DNA from: a bacterium
GTDB lineage: Bacteria > UBA10199 > 2-02-FULL-44-16 > JAAZCA01
Assembly (NCBI GenBank): GCA_963674695.2
Contig: CAXXGI010000002.1
Coordinates: 96,001-160,000 of the forward strand
Direction: 5' to 3'
DNA length: 64,000 nucleotides
Of this stretch, positions 40,140 to 50,245 are shown one piece after another; the first letter of the stretch is position 1, and every line of letters begins with the position of its first letter. The position numbers were made by a program, and so were the translations under genes. The notes under the pieces are model-generated. The model saw only the letters and a list, made by a program, of their open reading frames with translations. It was not told the origin of the DNA and searched no databases.

Positions 40140-42308
40140 ATGACTAAAGATAAGAATAAAACCGCAAAGAAAAAATCCGCAATTACACTTCGGGTATCAG
40201 AGGCTCAATCAAAAGATGTTGGTCGAGGTATTGCACGTATGGATCCTGTTGATATGGGGACCATTGGTGCGTCTATCGGTGACGTTATCGAGGTGAAAAG
40301 TAAAGAGCGAGATGCCGTTGCCAAGCTGATGCCTATCTATATGGAGGATCGTGGCAAGAAGATTATTCAAATAGATGGAATCCTCCGTGACAATGCCAAG
40401 GTGGGGATCGATGAAAAGGTGGAAGTGTTAAAAGTTGTTCACCATGAGGCCTTACGAGTGGTCTTAAAGCCGCTACAGGCTGCGTCACTTCGCGGTGACG
40501 AACAATACCTGGGCAAACTCTTTGCCGGCATACCGGTGGTAAAGGGTTCCAAGGTGCGTGCTATTCTCTTTGGTTCAAAGACCCGCGATTTTGAAGTGAT
40601 GGATACATCTCCGTCAGGAGTTGTCTTGGTAAGCCCGCAGACTACCATAGCAATCAAGGGAACAGAGCGTGAAGAGGCAGTAGAGAAAAAACCAGGGGTT
40701 TCTTACGAGGATATTGGGGGCCTGGGTAAGGAGATTCAGCGTGTTCGTGAAATGATAGAGCTTCCCTTGAAATATCCGCAGGTCTTTGACCGGTTGGGAA
40801 TCGATCCGCCCAAAGGTGTTTTGTTATACGGCCCTCCGGGGACAGGAAAGACCCTCATAGCGCGGGCAGTGGCTCATGAGGCTGATGCCAATTTCTTTAC
40901 CGTAAATGGCCCCGAGGTAATACATAAATTTTATGGAGAATCAGAAAAGCATCTTCGTGAATATTTTGAAAAGGCGGCAAATGCAGCCCCTGCTATATTA
41001 TTCATAGATGAGATTGATGCCATTGCGCCCAAAAGGATGGAGGTCCAGGGCGAGGTTGAAAAGAGGGTGGTAGCTACGCTCCTTTCCCAAATGGACGGTT
41101 TAAGAGGTCGTGGAGATATAATTGTAATAGGTGCCACCAACATTCCGGATATACTTGATCCGGCGCTTAGACGCCCCGGACGTTTTGATCGTGAGATTCG
41201 AATAGGAATACCTGATAAAGGTGGCAGAGAACAGATATTGGGCATTCATACGCGCGGCATGCCGCTTGCCAAGGATGTGGATATAAAAAAACTTGCGGAG
41301 ATTACGCATGGTTATGTCGGTGCGGACCTTGAGGCATTGGCCAGAGAGTCAGCCATGAGTTGTCTGCGCAGGTTGTTTGTCGGTTCAGGTGTTTCGCTTG
41401 ATGAAATTCCTCTCGAGAAATTGATGGAGCTTGAAGTTACTATGGATCACTTTATGGAGGCCATGTCAGAGGTAGAGCCTTCTGCGATTCGTGAGGTCTT
41501 TGTAGAGGTTCCTAACGTCACATGGGAAGACGTCGGCGGACTTGACGAGATTAAAAAACGCCTCAAAGAGTCGATTCAGTGGCCACTCGAGTATACCGGA
41601 CTTTTCGAACATGCACATGTCTCCCCGCCAAGAGGTGTCCTTTTGGAAGGCGCACCCGGCACGGGAAAGACACTGATAGCAAAGGCTCTGGCTAATGAGA
41701 GCGGAGTGAATTTTATCTCAATAAAGGGGCCGGAGTTGATGAACAAGTATGTGGGTGAGGCAGAGAAAGGTGTGAGGGAGTTATTCAAAAGGGCCAAGGC
41801 AGCCTCGCCCTGCATTATCTTTTTTGATGAGATTGACTCGATTGTTCCGGAGCGAGGCCATGGTGGTGGCGATTCGGGCGTTACTCAGAGGGTGATCAGC
41901 CAGTTTTTGACGGAGATGGATGGCATTGAGGAACTCAAAGGCGTGATGGTGCTAGGTGCCACAAACCGTAAGGATCTGATCGACCCTGCCCTTCTTCGGA
42001 CGGGCAGATTTGATTTTATCCTTACTGTCGGAATGCCGGATGCCGGAACACGAAGGGAGATATTCGATATTCATACGCGTGGGAAACCTCTGGATTCGAA
42101 TGTAAATATAGATTCGCTTGTTCAAAAGACAGACGGGATGAGCGGTTCAGATATTGAGGCCGTATGCCGCAGGGCTACCATGAATGTCTTGAGATCGTTT
42201 ATCCACGAGCATAAAGAGGCAGCTGATAAGAAAAAGAAATCACTTAAGATCGCAACTGGCGATCTTGAACAAGCATTGGAAGAGGTAAAAAAAGAGAGAG
42301 AAAAGTAA
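40140..42308 (+). CDS. CDC48/p97 family AAA ATPase
   Basis: N-domain (DVGRGIAR) plus two AAA modules (GPPGTGKT, GAPGTGKT, RPGRFD). Confidence 0.95.
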   Translation: MTKDKNKTAKKKSAITLRVSEAQSKDVGRGIARMDPVDMGTIGASIGDVIEVKSKERDAVAKLMPIYMEDRGKKIIQIDGILRDNAKVGIDEKVEVLKVVHHEALRVVLKPLQAASLRGDEQYLGKLFAGIPVVKGSKVRAILFGSKTRDFEVMDTSPSGVVLVSPQTTIAIKGTEREEAVEKKPGVSYEDIGGLGKEIQRVREMIELPLKYPQVFDRLGIDPPKGVLLYGPPGTGKTLIARAVAHEADANFFTVNGPEVIHKFYGESEKHLREYFEKAANAAPAILFIDEIDAIAPKRMEVQGEVEKRVVATLLSQMDGLRGRGDIIVIGATNIPDILDPALRRPGRFDREIRIGIPDKGGREQILGIHTRGMPLAKDVDIKKLAEITHGYVGADLEALARESAMSCLRRLFVGSGVSLDEIPLEKLMELEVTMDHFMEAMSEVEPSAIREVFVEVPNVTWEDVGGLDEIKKRLKESIQWPLEYTGLFEHAHVSPPRGVLLEGAPGTGKTLIAKALANESGVNFISIKGPELMNKYVGEAEKGVRELFKRAKAASPCIIFFDEIDSIVPERGHGGGDSGVTQRVISQFLTEMDGIEELKGVMVLGATNRKDLIDPALLRTGRFDFILTVGMPDAGTRREIFDIHTRGKPLDSNVNIDSLVQKTDGMSGSDIEAVCRRATMNVLRSFIHEHKEAADKKKKSLKIATGDLEQALEEVKKEREK

Positions 42309-42319
42309 GGAGAAAAAAC

Positions 42320-43336
42320 ATGTGGTATTTATATGGAATTATTAAAAGCAAGGATGAATTAGATTTCGGCAATATCGGTTTTGCCGATCCTTATGGTGAG
42401 AACTCTTTAGTAAAAACGATTCCGTTTGAGGATATTTCGATGGTGATCTCCGAACTCGATGAGTGGAAACTGGATGAACGGAATAAAAAGTCGTTGATGA
42501 ATAAATTATTGACCCACCAAAAGACGCTCGAAGAGGTCATGAAAAAGGAATTAGTCATTCCTGTCAAGTTTGGCACGGTCATCAACGATAAGGAAGACAT
42601 AAACGTTATCCTTCGCAAGACATACCGTTCTTTTGTCAAGACGCTGGATGGAATGGCTGACAAGTTTGAGGTCAATCTCACAGTCAGTTGGGATGTGCCG
42701 GGAGAGCTCAAAAGGATTGCCGCCGAAGACGAGGAGATCAAGGAGATGAGACGCAAGGCCGAGGAGATCAGGAGCAAGGAACTGATTATGCAGGTGGGGA
42801 TGGTGCTTGAGGATAAACTCGAAGAACGTCGTTTAAAGATAGCCACTGAAATACTCAGATACTTTGTTGATTCATACGGAGAAACCGTGGAGCACGAAAG
42901 GTTGGAAAATACGATGATACTTAACAACTCCTTTCTAATTTCTAATGCACAAGAAAAGTCCTTTTTGGATTTAACATATAAGTTGGATAAAAAATTTGAG
43001 AGCCGATTTAATTTCAAGTGTCTCATGCCCCTCCCCCCTCACAGTTTTCAGACGGTTGTTATTCAAAAGATTACACCAGAACGATTGAGGAATGCGATGG
43101 AGCTGTTTGATGTAAACGAAAACACGACCCTTGAAATTCTCAAGCAAAAGAACCGTGAACTGACACAGAATTTTCATCCGGATGTAGCGAAGGATTGCAA
43201 TCATGAAGAAAAGTTTTCTGAAATTCACCAGACTTATGATTTGCTCAAGGCATTTTTTGAATGGCAGGAGAATCCTTTTCTCAATATTGACAGTGATCGC
43301 TGTTATTTGAGCCGCGTATTGGAGGGCGGTGTCTGA
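42320..43336 (+). CDS. GvpF/L family protein with C-terminal J-domain
   Basis: YLYGII, HQK..EEV, PVKFGT, PLPPHSF, then LTQNFHPD..FSEIHQTYDLL. Confidence 0.85.
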   Translation: MWYLYGIIKSKDELDFGNIGFADPYGENSLVKTIPFEDISMVISELDEWKLDERNKKSLMNKLLTHQKTLEEVMKKELVIPVKFGTVINDKEDINVILRKTYRSFVKTLDGMADKFEVNLTVSWDVPGELKRIAAEDEEIKEMRRKAEEIRSKELIMQVGMVLEDKLEERRLKIATEILRYFVDSYGETVEHERLENTMILNNSFLISNAQEKSFLDLTYKLDKKFESRFNFKCLMPLPPHSFQTVVIQKITPERLRNAMELFDVNENTTLEILKQKNRELTQNFHPDVAKDCNHEEKFSEIHQTYDLLKAFFEWQENPFLNIDSDRCYLSRVLEGGV

Positions 43337-44079
43337 TGCGTGAGGGAAAGTACATATATTGCATTATAGCTACGGATGAAGCCAAGGAGTTTGGTCCCAT
43401 TGGCCTCGGTGGTCGTGGAGACGAGGTCCATAATGTCTGTTGTGGTGGACTATCCGCAGTTATAAGCAATACGCAGATGACAAAGTACGAACTAAGCCCC
43501 GAGACCCTTCTGGCCCACGAACGCGTGGTTGAAAAAGTAATGAAGGATTACGCTGTTTTGCCGGTCAGATTTTGTACTGTAGCAGAGAGCGTTACTGATA
43601 TCATGCGGTTACTTGAGCTGCGTCATAATGAATTTATTGGCCTCATTAAGGATCTCGAAAATAAAGCCGAGATAGGGGTTAAGGTGTTTTGGAAGGATAT
43701 GGAGATTGTCTTTAACGAAATAGTCAATGAGAACGCCGAGCTAAAAGATAAAGGATTAAAATTTCATCGTTTGGCGGAGGGCGACAGGGTTGAAATAGGT
43801 AAAGAGGTTGCAAAGATATTGGATGATAAAAGGGAGGAGGAGAGTGATATCTGGACATCATCCCTTATTAAGTTATCCAACCAGTATAAAATCCTCAAAG
43901 TTCAGAAAGAGAACATGGTTTTTAATGCCGTATTTTTGGTTGAAAATTTAAGGATGACCAAACTTGACGAAAAGGTGAATGAACTCGCAGGTAGAAAAGG
44001 AAATCGCTATGATGTTAAGTATATAGGGCCAACTCCCCCCTATAATTTTGTCAACCTAGAACTTAAATTAGGGAAGTGA
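43336..44079 (+). CDS. GvpF/L family gas vesicle protein
   Basis: YIYCII, HERVVE, LPVRF, GPTPPYNF. Confidence 0.92.
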   Translation: MREGKYIYCIIATDEAKEFGPIGLGGRGDEVHNVCCGGLSAVISNTQMTKYELSPETLLAHERVVEKVMKDYAVLPVRFCTVAESVTDIMRLLELRHNEFIGLIKDLENKAEIGVKVFWKDMEIVFNEIVNENAELKDKGLKFHRLAEGDRVEIGKEVAKILDDKREEESDIWTSSLIKLSNQYKILKVQKENMVFNAVFLVENLRMTKLDEKVNELAGRKGNRYDVKYIGPTPPYNFVNLELKLGK

Positions 44080-44088
44080 GGTTTGTTA

Positions 44089-44817
44089 ATGTCTCATCCA
44101 AAATACATATACTGCATAATTCAAACGGCGGATGATTTTGATTTTGGTCCCATCGGTTTGAATGACGAGAGAGTTTACACCATTAAATGTGGAAAATTGG
44201 CCGCAGTAGTTAGCGATTCACAGGAAGAAGAATACAGTATGGCCGATGAGGCCCACGTCAAGGCACATGAAATGGTTTTGGAAAAGACAATGGAGAAATT
44301 TGAGATGTTGCCGATCAGGTTCGGCACCGTGGCTCCCAGCACGCACGAGGTCATGAGCTTCATCAAACAGCATCATCGCGATTTCAAGCACCTCATTAAA
44401 AAACTCAAAGGGAGAGTTGAAATAGAAATAGAAATCTTCTGGAAGGAGATGGATCGGGTCTTTGCCGAAATCGTGGAGGAAAGTAAGAGGTTAAAAAAAC
44501 TGAAATCATCCGGTAAACCGAGGAGCAGAGAAGATCTCATAATGGCGGGCCAACTCGTTGGCGCGAAACTTCGTGCTAAAAAGGAGAAAGAGATACTGAG
44601 ATATCTAAAATATATGAAGGGAACTTATGCGGATTTTCGAATAAATCCAACGGCAAAGGACGATCTTATTATGTATGCCTCATTTCTGGTGGATAAAAGT
44701 GGGCAGAACAAATTTGATGAGGCCGTTGATAAAATGGAGGAAGAGAATCGAAATCGCGTAAGGGTGCGTTATATCGGCCCCGTGCCGCCATACAGTTTTG
44801 CAAGTGTGAGGGTTTAA
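44089..44817 (+). CDS. GvpF/L family gas vesicle protein
   Basis: YIYCII, LPIRFGT, GPVPPYSF. Confidence 0.92.
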   Translation: MSHPKYIYCIIQTADDFDFGPIGLNDERVYTIKCGKLAAVVSDSQEEEYSMADEAHVKAHEMVLEKTMEKFEMLPIRFGTVAPSTHEVMSFIKQHHRDFKHLIKKLKGRVEIEIEIFWKEMDRVFAEIVEESKRLKKLKSSGKPRSREDLIMAGQLVGAKLRAKKEKEILRYLKYMKGTYADFRINPTAKDDLIMYASFLVDKSGQNKFDEAVDKMEEENRNRVRVRYIGPVPPYSFASVRV

Positions 44818-44818
44818 A

Positions 44819-45583
44819 ATGAAATCAGGACTATACATGTACTCTGTAATTCGTGTCGATGAAGATTGTTCATTCGGTCCTATTGGCCTTAGCGAGGATT
44901 CGGCAAAGGGGGAAGATGTTTATGTCGTAAGATTCAATGACATAGCCTGCGTGGTCAGCACCTCGGAGGTAAAGGAATGGGAGATAAACCGGGATAATGT
45001 GGTCAGGCATCAGAAGGTCAACGAAGAGGTTATGAAAACCTATACCACGTTGCCTATCAAGTTTTGTACCATCGCTGAAAGCAGCGATCAAATCGTCGAA
45101 AAGTTTCTAAAAAGTCGTTATGATGAGTTGATCGAGAAAATCGATTACTTCTCGGATAAGCGTGAATATGGTGTCAGGGCACACTGGATTGACATGGAAA
45201 AAACATATGAAGAACTTTTGGCTGAAAAGCCTCGTCTCAAGGAGTGGCGTGATCGCCTTGCCAAACTCCCATTTGAGAAGGCGCGAAATGACATGATCAT
45301 CATTGGTGAAGAGGTTCAAAAGGCCTTGAAGAATAAAAAGGAACTTTTCGGAGAAGAACTTTTTGAAGAGTTAAAACCCCTGTCCATAGAGGCAAAGACG
45401 GGAAAGATTATGGGTGATCGCATGGTCTTGAATGGTGCCTTTCTGATTCTTAAGGCGGCACAAAGGGACTTTGATGCCCGTGTAAATGTGCTGTCGGAAA
45501 AACATAAGCACGACCTGAAATTTCGATATGTGGGACCGACCCCGCCGGCAAACTTTATCGAGATCGTGGTCAGTTGGGATTGA
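44819..45583 (+). CDS. GvpF/L family gas vesicle protein
   Basis: HQKVNE, LPIKF, GPTPPANF. Confidence 0.92.
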   Translation: MKSGLYMYSVIRVDEDCSFGPIGLSEDSAKGEDVYVVRFNDIACVVSTSEVKEWEINRDNVVRHQKVNEEVMKTYTTLPIKFCTIAESSDQIVEKFLKSRYDELIEKIDYFSDKREYGVRAHWIDMEKTYEELLAEKPRLKEWRDRLAKLPFEKARNDMIIIGEEVQKALKNKKELFGEELFEELKPLSIEAKTGKIMGDRMVLNGAFLILKAAQRDFDARVNVLSEKHKHDLKFRYVGPTPPANFIEIVVSWD

Positions 45584-45586
45584 CGT

Positions 45587-45835
45587 ATGGGACTACTCTT
45601 TAACTTATTGGGTGCGCCTCTTGTAGGCCCGATCAAACTCACGCAGTGGGTGGCTGAAAAGATCAAAGAGGTAGCTGATCAACGGTTGGGAGATGAGGAA
45701 AAACTCAAATCGGAGCTTATTGAATTGCAGATGATGAGGGAGATGGATGAGATTGGTCAGGAGGCGTTTGAAAAGAAGGAAAAGGAGATTTTAAATGCAA
45801 TCAATGCAGCAAAAGAAAGAAAAAATAGGGGGTAG
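45587..45835 (+). CDS. gvpG: Gas vesicle protein GvpG
   Basis: LLGAPL..WVAEKI..L.ELQM..EI..EAFE.KE.EIL. Confidence 0.85.
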   Translation: MGLLFNLLGAPLVGPIKLTQWVAEKIKEVADQRLGDEEKLKSELIELQMMREMDEIGQEAFEKKEKEILNAINAAKERKNRG

Positions 45836-45837
45836 CT

Positions 45838-46101
45838 ATGAATATAAATGAGGCAAAGGGTAAGGTCGCGCAATTTATCTCCAAGGAATTAGGCAAGGAC
45901 ACCCAAGCTATAAAGTTCCTAAAACTTGCCAAAGAAGGTGAGAACTGGAGCTCGAGCGTGGAGATAACGGAGCAGAATGAATACATGAAAAAATTGGGTT
46001 ACCCGCCGATCTTCGATAAAAATGTGTACAAGATCGAACTCGATGATGCCGGCGAGGTAACCAGTTTTTGCAAAAAAGGCGAAGAGGAAGAGGAGTTTTA
46101 A
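45838..46101 (+). CDS. GvpO/GvpR-like gas vesicle protein
   Basis: W..SVEITE..YKIELDDAGEV. Confidence 0.65.
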   Translation: MNINEAKGKVAQFISKELGKDTQAIKFLKLAKEGENWSSSVEITEQNEYMKKLGYPPIFDKNVYKIELDDAGEVTSFCKKGEEEEEF

Positions 46102-46103
46102 CT

Positions 46104-46195
46104 CGTATCTCGTCGTTCGTATCTCGTATCTCGCAATTCATCAGTGAGACGTTTCTTACGAGATACGCTTCACGAGATACGTTTCACGTAATACG
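46104..46195. repeat. Gene-less inverted heptamer hairpin element
   Basis: CGTATCT CGTCGTT CGTATCT CGTATCT .. TCTTACG AGATACG CTTCACG AGATACG TTTCACG TAATACG. Confidence 0.9.
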
Positions 46196-46202
46196 AGGCA
46201 AA

Positions 46203-48206
46203 ATGGGCGCAGGAGAAACACAAAATACTATTATTGGGGATGCTTCACAGCTTATCTTCGTCGGAGGTAAAGGAGGCGTAGGTAAGACCACTACTGCCGC
46301 TGCCCTCGCCCTTTCGTTAGCTAGAAAATTGCCAGATCACAAAATCGTGATTATTTCCACCGATCCCGCCCATTCCCTTTCTGACAGTTTTGGGATAGCG
46401 ATTGGTGGTGAGAAACCAGTTAGAATAATTACAAAGGGCAACTCAAACCTTTATGCCCAGGAACTCGATGCTGGTTCTCTGCTCAACAAATTCAAGAATG
46501 AAAATGAGGCAGAGATAAAATTACTGGCAGAGCGTGGAACATATTTTGACTCGGATGATATCCAGAGTTTTTTTCGCCTCTCCCTTCCCGGCATTGACGA
46601 AGTGATGTCTGTTTTGGAGATAGGCAGACTGCTTAAGGACGATAATATAAAACATCTGATAGTCGATACTGCCCCAACCGGTCATACCCTGTCGCTGCTT
46701 CGTTTGCCAAAGTTGCTTACAACATGGGTCGATGTTTTTGACCTTTTACAGGAAAAACACCGCATATTGCAGAGGCATTTTTCCGGCAAGGTGGTCAAAG
46801 ATAATGTAGATAATTTTATAGAAGTCATGCGTGGGGATATCAGGGATGTAAGAAATATAATTCAGGACAGGAACAAGTCCCAATTCATCGTTGTAATGCT
46901 GCCGGAGATGCTCAGCCTATTTGAATCAAAGAGGCTTATCGATACGTTAAAGAAACAAGGGATGCCGCTCCATAGTTTGGTATTAAATGGTATTCAAAAT
47001 GCCGGTAGCTGCATTGTTTGTAAGGCGGTTCGTGAAAAGCAGGAAAAAGTGATATCCCTATTAAAAGATAATTTCGCCGGTCTAAGTATTCATCAGGTAC
47101 CGCTCTCCACGCATTCTATTCAGGGCACGCAGGGTCTTGAATGGTTTGCTGCCCATTTAGAGGGCAGAAGCAGCGAAAAGGAAATGTATCTCGCAAATAA
47201 GAGATCACAAGACACCAAGGTACCAAATGCCAGGTATGAGCCACGATTTCATCAGGCATCTTTATCTAAACTACTAAAAGGTTCTCCAAAACTATTCATA
47301 GTCGGTGGCAAGGGCGGTGTAGGTAAGACCACTGTCTCGTGTTGTACATCTATAATGATAGCGGCCAGAGAACCGTCAAAGAAATTTCTGATCTTTTCCA
47401 TCGATCCGGCCCACTCGCTTTCCGATTGTCTAGGGATAAAGATAGAGAGCCGTGAGGCCAAGGTATGTGAGAATCTCTATGCCTCAGAGCTCAATGCCAA
47501 ACTACTTTTAGATGATTTCAAAAAGGAATACACCGACACTATCGATAATCTCTTTGATAAATTCTTTCAAGGTAGCACTTTAAACGCCGGCATGGATTTC
47601 ACTCATGATCGCAAGGTAGTTAAAGCCCTGATAGAGATGACTCCGCCGGGACTGGATGAATTGATGGCCCTGTATCAGGTAATAAATCTGATAAAAGGAG
47701 ACGGAAAGTATGATGCCATCGTCTTCGATACCGCACCCAGCGGCCATCTTTTTCGTTTTCTGGAACTGCCCCATCTGGTGAGAGAATGGCTAAAGGCGAT
47801 ATTCCAACTACTCATAAAATATAAACAGGCCATATCTCTTGGACCGGCTGCAGAAAAGTTGGTTGGGTTGTCTAAGAATATCAGGGAGATCATAGAGATC
47901 ATGCAGGATGAGAGCTTGTGCCGGACCATTGTCGTGTCGACGCCGGAGGCAATGGTGGTCTCGGAGACAAAGAGGTTTGTGAAAAATCTCGAACGCCTTG
48001 GAGTGCCGAGGAACCTCACCATCATCAATATGCTACGTGAAAATACAGAGTGCGATTTTTGCCGCGAAATAAGAAGAGGTCAGGAAGATATGTTGGAGGA
48101 GTTAAAAAAAATGGTATCCAAAGAGTGGATATCTATCCCCTTTCTACCGGAGGATATCAGGGGAATAGATAATTTAAATAAACTGGGCAAGGAGATATAT
48201 CATTAG
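46203..48206 (+). CDS. Tandem-domain ArsA/GET3 family ATPase
   Basis: Two GGKGGVGKTT / DPAHSL / DTAP(T/S)GH modules with CxxC. Confidence 0.92.
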   Translation: MGAGETQNTIIGDASQLIFVGGKGGVGKTTTAAALALSLARKLPDHKIVIISTDPAHSLSDSFGIAIGGEKPVRIITKGNSNLYAQELDAGSLLNKFKNENEAEIKLLAERGTYFDSDDIQSFFRLSLPGIDEVMSVLEIGRLLKDDNIKHLIVDTAPTGHTLSLLRLPKLLTTWVDVFDLLQEKHRILQRHFSGKVVKDNVDNFIEVMRGDIRDVRNIIQDRNKSQFIVVMLPEMLSLFESKRLIDTLKKQGMPLHSLVLNGIQNAGSCIVCKAVREKQEKVISLLKDNFAGLSIHQVPLSTHSIQGTQGLEWFAAHLEGRSSEKEMYLANKRSQDTKVPNARYEPRFHQASLSKLLKGSPKLFIVGGKGGVGKTTVSCCTSIMIAAREPSKKFLIFSIDPAHSLSDCLGIKIESREAKVCENLYASELNAKLLLDDFKKEYTDTIDNLFDKFFQGSTLNAGMDFTHDRKVVKALIEMTPPGLDELMALYQVINLIKGDGKYDAIVFDTAPSGHLFRFLELPHLVREWLKAIFQLLIKYKQAISLGPAAEKLVGLSKNIREIIEIMQDESLCRTIVVSTPEAMVVSETKRFVKNLERLGVPRNLTIINMLRENTECDFCREIRRGQEDMLEELKKMVSKEWISIPFLPEDIRGIDNLNKLGKEIYH

Positions 48207-48220
48207 AAAGGGGGATTTTT

Positions 48221-48580
48221 ATGGCTATAAAACCCGAAATGAAGGAGAGGGAGACGCTCGCTGATGTCCTTGATCGCGTATTGGATAAGGGACTCGTGAT
48301 CAATGCGGACATAGCGGTGTCGCTGGCAGGAACGGAACTCCTGGGTATCAAGATCAGGGCCGCCCTAGCCTCGTTCGAGACAGCGGCTCGCTACGGACTG
48401 CAGTTTCCTTCGGACACCAAACTGGATCTTCCTATATGGAAAGAGGCCAAGGTGGTCAAGGAGGAGTGTCCGCAGTGTGAAAAAAGGGTTGCCCGTCAGG
48501 AACTGCTGGAGAGTGGCTGTCCATGGTGCGGCTTTATGCCTAAACGTGGCATTGAGGCAGCACCTGCTGCGAAAAAATAG
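48221..48580 (+). CDS. gvpJ: GvpJ/GvpA-family protein with C-terminal zinc ribbon
   Basis: LADVLDRVLDKGLVI..ASFETA..YG, then CPQC..CPWCG. Confidence 0.8.
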   Translation: MAIKPEMKERETLADVLDRVLDKGLVINADIAVSLAGTELLGIKIRAALASFETAARYGLQFPSDTKLDLPIWKEAKVVKEECPQCEKRVARQELLESGCPWCGFMPKRGIEAAPAAKK

Positions 48581-48636
48581 CGGACAGCGTTGAGCGGATA
48601 GTAATTCATGCAATTCTATACGCTAACAGCTATACA
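48578..48636. repeat. Variant inverted heptamer element (TAGCGGA/CTATACG units)
   Basis: TAGCGGA CAGCGTT GAGCGGA TAG .. CTATACG CTAACAG CTATACA before a GGGAGG RBS. Confidence 0.5.
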
Positions 48637-48650
48637 CTGGGAGGTTCATT

Positions 48651-48884
48651 ATGCCGGATGCATTTAAAACAGTTAGGGCCATACAAAAAGGTCTGGATGC
48701 TATGTCCAAGAAACTCGAAAACTCCAGAAACGAGAGACTTCGCGAAATAGATAAACGCCTAAAAGAAGTAAATAAGAAGATCTCGGATCAATTTGGTGAA
48801 AGGATGGAAGGCAGTCGAAAGAGGCCTGCGATGCAGCACAAAGAGCCTCTTAGTATGAAAAAGCCTCCACGAAAAAAGAGGTGA
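48651..48884 (+). CDS. Small basic hypothetical protein
   Basis: RBS present; in operon context. Confidence 0.6.
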   Translation: MPDAFKTVRAIQKGLDAMSKKLENSRNERLREIDKRLKEVNKKISDQFGERMEGSRKRPAMQHKEPLSMKKPPRKKR

Positions 48885-48887
48885 TGT

Positions 48888-49178
48888 ATGAAAATCGATC
48901 TCGAAGGGGATAATCTTAAGGGGAGTCTCTTGGGGCTGGTCATAGCCATAGTAGAGATACTACACGAAACCCTTGAACATCAAGCCTTGCGGAGGATGGA
49001 TGGTGAGAGTCTTTCAGAGGCGCAGATCGAGCGTTTGGGTAATTCACTTATGAAACTCAAAGAGACGATAGAAGAGTTAAAGGAAGAACAGGGTATTTGT
49101 GAGGCAGTTCATAGCCTTCGCAAACAGTTAGATGGTCTTGTTGATGGATCTATATGGTCAGGGAGGGAAAAGGTATGA
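48888..49178 (+). CDS. gvpK: Gas vesicle protein GvpK
   Basis: LLGLVIAIVEIL..LEHQALRRM..LSEAQIERLG. Confidence 0.9.
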   Translation: MKIDLEGDNLKGSLLGLVIAIVEILHETLEHQALRRMDGESLSEAQIERLGNSLMKLKETIEELKEEQGICEAVHSLRKQLDGLVDGSIWSGREKV

Positions 49179-49927
49179 GCGAAGGATATTATCTTTATTG
49201 TATTGTTGACGGTTCCGACAACGCTTCGCTAGGGCCGATAGGCGTCGATGATTCTTTTGTCATCACTATTTCAAATAAGGATATCTCTGCGGTCGTCCAT
49301 CATGTCACAGGAGATGTAAAGATCGAAGACACTGAAAAATCATTACAATGGGTGGGGAAGCATCAATCCGTGGTAGAAGAGGCATGGAAAAAATATAAGA
49401 CCGTCCTCCCCTTTGCCTTTGGTACGATTATTAGGGGCGATGAAGGTGAACTCAAAAAATGGATGGAGAAGGAGCATGACCGGTTGGTAAAAAGTATGAT
49501 GAAGGTAAAGGGCAAAGCGGAATATGGTGTGCAGATATTCTGGTTTCCTTCAAGATGCCTCGATCAACTTGTAAATTCCAGCGCAGAACTAAAAGACCTC
49601 AAGAAAAAATCAGAAGGGGAAAATTCCGGTACAGCCTATATGTATAAGAAGAGGTACGAAAAGGCCTTGAAGGACGAAATAGAACATAAGGCCTCGGAAC
49701 TTTTTAGGAGTTTCTTTGAGCGTATTAAAGCGTGTGTGACCGAAATAACGGTGGAAAAGATCAAGACCCTTGAGGAGGACAAACAGATGTTACTCAATGT
49801 GTCCTGTCTGGCCGACGAAGGTCAGGTGGAGGTGTTGGGTAATGTCCTTGAAGATATAGGGGCCGGCGAGGATCATCCGGTGCGATTTACCGGACCATGG
49901 CCCCCCTATTCATTTGTAGGTATGTAA
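49175..49927 (+). CDS. GvpF/L family gas vesicle protein
   Basis: YLYCIV, HQSVVE, VLPFAFGT, FTGPWPPYSF. Confidence 0.92.
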   Translation: MSEGYYLYCIVDGSDNASLGPIGVDDSFVITISNKDISAVVHHVTGDVKIEDTEKSLQWVGKHQSVVEEAWKKYKTVLPFAFGTIIRGDEGELKKWMEKEHDRLVKSMMKVKGKAEYGVQIFWFPSRCLDQLVNSSAELKDLKKKSEGENSGTAYMYKKRYEKALKDEIEHKASELFRSFFERIKACVTEITVEKIKTLEEDKQMLLNVSCLADEGQVEVLGNVLEDIGAGEDHPVRFTGPWPPYSFVGM

Positions 49928-49930
49928 ACT

Positions 49931-50170
49931 ATGAAACCCATTCGAGAAAAAGAGGCGACGCTAGTAGACCTGCTGGATCGCTTGTTGGACAAAGGCCTAG
50001 TGTTAAACGCCGATCTGGTGATCACTATGGGTGATGTCCCCCTGATCGGTATCAACCTGAAAGCGGCCATTGCCGGGATGGAGACCATGCTGCAATATGG
50101 ATTGATGAGAGAGTTTGATAAAGAGGTCAGCGAAGAGCGTGAAGCGTATCTCGTGAAGAGTGAAGCGTAA
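49931..50170 (+). CDS. GvpJ/M/S-type GvpA-family minor protein
   Basis: TLVDLLDRLLDKGLVL..AAIAGMETMLQYG. Confidence 0.85.
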   Translation: MKPIREKEATLVDLLDRLLDKGLVLNADLVITMGDVPLIGINLKAAIAGMETMLQYGLMREFDKEVSEEREAYLVKSEA

Positions 50171-50231
50171 AATCCGTGAAGCATCGTTCGTGAAGTGCTT
50201 GCGAGATACGAAATGCTCTTCACGAGATACG
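50138..50231. repeat. Inverted heptamer element overlapping 3' end of upstream CDS
   Basis: CGTGAAG CGTATCT CGTGAAG AGTGAAG .. AGATACG AAATGCT CTTCACG AGATACG. Confidence 0.85.
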
Positions 50232-50245
50232 AGGATGGAGGCAAT

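Noticed and set aside
46203-48206. Arsenic resistance operon
   Set aside because: No arsB/acr3, arsC, arsD or arsR. The ArsA-family gene is embedded among gvp genes.
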